Positions 57,071-59,556 of a DNA stretch of 59,556 nucleotides are shown in pieces. The position numbers and the translations under genes are program-made. Each line of letters opens with the position of its first letter. Position 1 is the first letter of the stretch. Origin of the DNA: Gemmatimonadota bacterium (lineage in GTDB: Bacteria > Latescibacterota > UBA2968 > GCA-2709665). The stretch lies in contig PAQK01000010.1 of NCBI GenBank assembly GCA_002709665.1, positions 24,245-83,800 of the forward strand, given 5' to 3'. The notes under the pieces are model-generated. The model was not told where the DNA came from. It saw nothing but the letters and a program-made list of their open reading frames with translations, and did no database searches.

Positions 57071-58396
57071 ATGAGACTGAAAAAGCTGCACTTTGTGAGA
57101 CTTCTACCGGCGATCATACTAAAGGTGACATTCCTTGTCTCATCACCATTGGTCTTCGCTCAGAGCAAAAACCCTGATGTTATCTACAAAGAAGTCTTGC
57201 CCTCAATTGTAACCCTTGCGGTGGATAAAGTAGATGGCTCAAAAATCTCAGGGTCAGCCTTTCTAGCGATCGACAATAAGGTAGCGGTAACTGCTTTGAG
57301 TCTCCTGGAAAATGCTACGGGTGCGGTTGCCACATTCGCTTCGGGTGAGGGATTTGATGTTTCCGGTATTATCGACAAGGACGAGAAACGGAATTTGGCA
57401 CTTGTGCGCATCAAAATTTTTGGGGGGCCACTGCTGGAATTGGCATCTTCCGATCCTACCATTGGCTCAAGAGCCTACTTGATTGGTTCTCCCGAAGGCA
57501 AGAACTTCACCATTACCGATGGGTTGGTAAGCAGCACCAAAATCGAGGGCGGAGTGAAGACGTACAGATTCACCTGTCCAGCGGAAGCGGGAAATGCCGG
57601 TGGCGCACTGGTCAACGACCAAGGACAGGTTGTCGGCATTGTATCGTCTATCGGAGAAGGCCAGGGTCTGAATTCCGCCATCCCTTCTATTTTTGCTCTG
57701 GGTTTGGACGCTACCTTGCCTACACAGCCCTGGCGGGCGAAAGTAGCCGTCCAGCAACCCAAGGTTGCTATTCCTGTCCCGGCGATCGTGCCGACTGCGG
57801 CGCCGGTCGCCCCCCCTGAGAAGATCGACCCTACAGCGATCCGAGTCCAGTTCTATATCGCTGAGGACCTAAAGTCCTACAACAACAACAGGCAGCTGTG
57901 GATCGATGCAATCCAGTGGTGGGCAGACCATATCAATCAGAAATGCTCAGCCAAGGTTTCGAACATCGATGTCCGTCAAAACGACAGGCAGTCCCTTCCT
58001 CCCAAAAAAGCAAGATTTACAACCAAATTAACGGGATGGGCATCGTGGGTACTCGGGGAAGCAAAACTCAAAGAGTATATCGGAAGAACCAACACACCAC
58101 GTGATTTTCATATCGGGTTGTTCAAGGAGTTGAAGGCTCGCAGGGATGAGAAGTGGTTAGAGACGTCGGCCCATTATGTCTATCCTAATGTTGCTGCACT
58201 GAAGGAAAAGACCACGCGTGTAGGTAAAGATGAGCGGATGCACCACATCGGACATCTCTTTGGGCTGCAGACAGGAGACGGGGGTGTAATGTCCATCTTC
58301 TACCCAAGGGGACCGGGTTCGGATCCAGCTTACGGCAACCTCTCGGAATGGCCTGAAGAGTGGTGCGACAAAATCGAGAAGCATTTTGGGAAGTAA
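57071..58396 (+). CDS. Secreted trypsin-fold (S1C/HtrA-like) pseudo-protease fused to a C-terminal domain with a degenerate metzincin-like HHxxH motif
   Basis: Signal peptide (..SSPLVFA-QS). The protease-domain order is conserved, but the triad contexts read VTALSLL (His site), RNLALVRI (Asp site) and GNAGGALVN (Ser site). The C-terminal part has MHHIGHLFGLQ. Confidence 0.7.
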   Translation: MRLKKLHFVRLLPAIILKVTFLVSSPLVFAQSKNPDVIYKEVLPSIVTLAVDKVDGSKISGSAFLAIDNKVAVTALSLLENATGAVATFASGEGFDVSGIIDKDEKRNLALVRIKIFGGPLLELASSDPTIGSRAYLIGSPEGKNFTITDGLVSSTKIEGGVKTYRFTCPAEAGNAGGALVNDQGQVVGIVSSIGEGQGLNSAIPSIFALGLDATLPTQPWRAKVAVQQPKVAIPVPAIVPTAAPVAPPEKIDPTAIRVQFYIAEDLKSYNNNRQLWIDAIQWWADHINQKCSAKVSNIDVRQNDRQSLPPKKARFTTKLTGWASWVLGEAKLKEYIGRTNTPRDFHIGLFKELKARRDEKWLETSAHYVYPNVAALKEKTTRVGKDERMHHIGHLFGLQTGDGGVMSIFYPRGPGSDPAYGNLSEWPEEWCDKIEKHFGK

Positions 58397-58416
58397 GCCC
58401 AAGTCTGGCAATAATC

Positions 58417-58451
58417 AAAGAGTCCCTGTGACGACGTCACAGGGACTCTTT
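58417..58451. terminator. Bidirectional terminator hairpin between convergent genes
   Basis: A perfect 16-bp stem AAAGAGTCCCTGTGAC / GTCACAGGGACTCTTT with loop GAC is flanked by A-rich and T-rich runs. It lies between the 57071 gene and fumC. Confidence 0.8.
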
Positions 58452-58473
58452 CGTTTGTAGATATCGCCTTCTC

Positions 58474-59556
58474 TTAAGGCTTTGGACCTGTCATCTCCTC
58501 AGGTCGCACAGCCTTATCAAAGTCTTCCTCACTCAGAAGTCCCAGAGCGACCACCGACTCCTTCAAGGTGAGATTTTCATCGAATGCTTTCTTTGCTACC
58601 TTCGCGGCATTATCATACCCAATATGCGGATTCAGGGCCGTCACAAGCATCAACGACTGTCGAAGATGGTTCTCAATATTGTCTCTATTGGCCACAATCC
58701 CGATCGCACAGTGGTCGTTGAACGCTGCACAAGCATCGGCCAACAGACGAATAGATTGCAACAGGTTGTAAATCATAACTGGCTTGTAGACATTTAACTC
58801 GAAATTTCCTGAAGAGCCACCAACGGCAATCGCCGTGTCATTTCCGATAACCTGAGTTGCCACCATGGTCATAGCTTCCGGCTGTGTAGGATTGACCTTG
58901 CCAGGCATAATTGAGCTGCCCGGCTCGTTGGCGGGAAGCGTCAATTCGCCCACCCCGCAGCGTGGTCCGGAGGCCAGCCACCTTACGTCATTGGCAATTT
59001 TCATCAATGAGCAAGCCAGGGTTTTCATCACACCACTCGCTTCAACGATCGCATCGTGGCCAGCCAGCGCCTCAAACTTGTTTCCTGCCGTTACGAAAGC
59101 ATGACCTGTCAACTCCGAAATTTTCACGGCAGATCTCTCCGCGAATTCCGAGTGTGTGTTCAGGCCGGTTCCAACTGCCGTGCCTCCCAAAGCCAATTCA
59201 TAGAGATTAGGGAGACATCCATCGATTCGTTCCAGTCCCTTTGTAAGCTGGGTGACATATCCGGAGAATTCCTGTCCCAGCGTAAGCGGCACAGCGTCCA
59301 TCAAGTGGGTTCGACCAATCTTTATTATCCCATCGAACTCAGTGGCCTTGTCGGTGAGAGTGTCCCGCAATTGAGTCACCATTGGAATCAATCGTCTGTG
59401 GATCTCACTGACTGCCGCGATATGCATTGCCGTCGGAAAAGTATCATTCGACGACTGGGCCATATTTACGTCATCATTGGGATGAATGGGATCCTTGCTG
59501 CCCATTTCCCCACCTGATATCTTTATAGCACGATTAGAGATCACCTCGTTGGTGTT
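58474..59556 (-). CDS. fumC: Class II fumarate hydratase, 5' end beyond the window
   Basis: The signature [32 protein letters not shown] and the C-terminal ..PEEMTGPKP are present. The frame stays open to nt 59556 ([10 protein letters not shown]..), so the GTG at 59544 is internal. Confidence 0.9.
   Translation of the reverse strand, partial: NTNEVISNRAIKISGGEMGSKDPIHPNDDVNMAQSSNDTFPTAMHIAAVSEIHRRLIPMVTQLRDTLTDKATEFDGIIKIGRTHLMDAVPLTLGQEFSGYVTQLTKGLERIDGCLPNLYELALGGTAVGTGLNTHSEFAERSAVKISELTGHAFVTAGNKFEALAGHDAIVEASGVMKTLACSLMKIANDVRWLASGPRCGVGELTLPANEPGSSIMPGKVNPTQPEAMTMVATQVIGNDTAIAVGGSSGNFELNVYKPVMIYNLLQSIRLLADACAAFNDHCAIGIVANRDNIENHLRQSLMLVTALNPHIGYDNAAKVAKKAFDENLTLKESVVALGLLSEEDFDKAVRPEEMTGPKP

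Overview
Gene-dense, apparently chromosomal 59.5-kb segment. The organism looks like an uncultivated FCB-superphylum-type bacterium: it has a short (~285 aa) Bacteroidota/Chlorobiota-style primary sigma factor, yet several near-consensus TTGACA-17-TATAAT promoters. I saw no rRNA, tRNA, CRISPR array, transposase, integrase or phage gene. Content in order: (i) 3-6544 is the tail of a PVM-like bacterial microcompartment (BMC) operon. It encodes an acylating aldehyde dehydrogenase, two BMC-P proteins, a class II aldolase with a C-terminal encapsulation peptide, acetate kinase and a beta-propeller protein. A BMC-H shell protein with an unusual helix-extended-helix C-terminal tail follows. (ii) 6551-23792 holds envelope and housekeeping genes: HtrA, the sigma factor, a PHP + DUF2723 pair, an M23 peptidase-rhomboid-SDR-GHMP kinase-GT2 operon, PpiD and NadE. 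(iii) 23854-45812 is a ~22-kb minus-strand respiratory supercluster, nuoA-B-CD-E-F-G-H-J-K-L-M-[permease]-N, followed 34 nt later by atpZ-I-B-E-F-H-A-G-D-C. nuoI is absent, and an ion-transporter-type permease sits between nuoM and nuoN. (iv) 46025-49992 holds a GT2, a GNAT and the most interesting module. There, trpS is preceded by a Trp-codon-rich leader ORF plus terminator. It is followed by a second Trp-rich leader ORF plus terminator and an intact but catalytically stripped mini-TrpRS paralog. (v) 49993-59556 holds hemB, small metabolic genes, E. coli-type frdABCD, a secreted pseudo-protease and the 3' part of fumC. All functional calls rest on motif and family recognition by eye from the translations; no database search or RNA folding could be run. 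Several start codons differ from the supplied ORF track.
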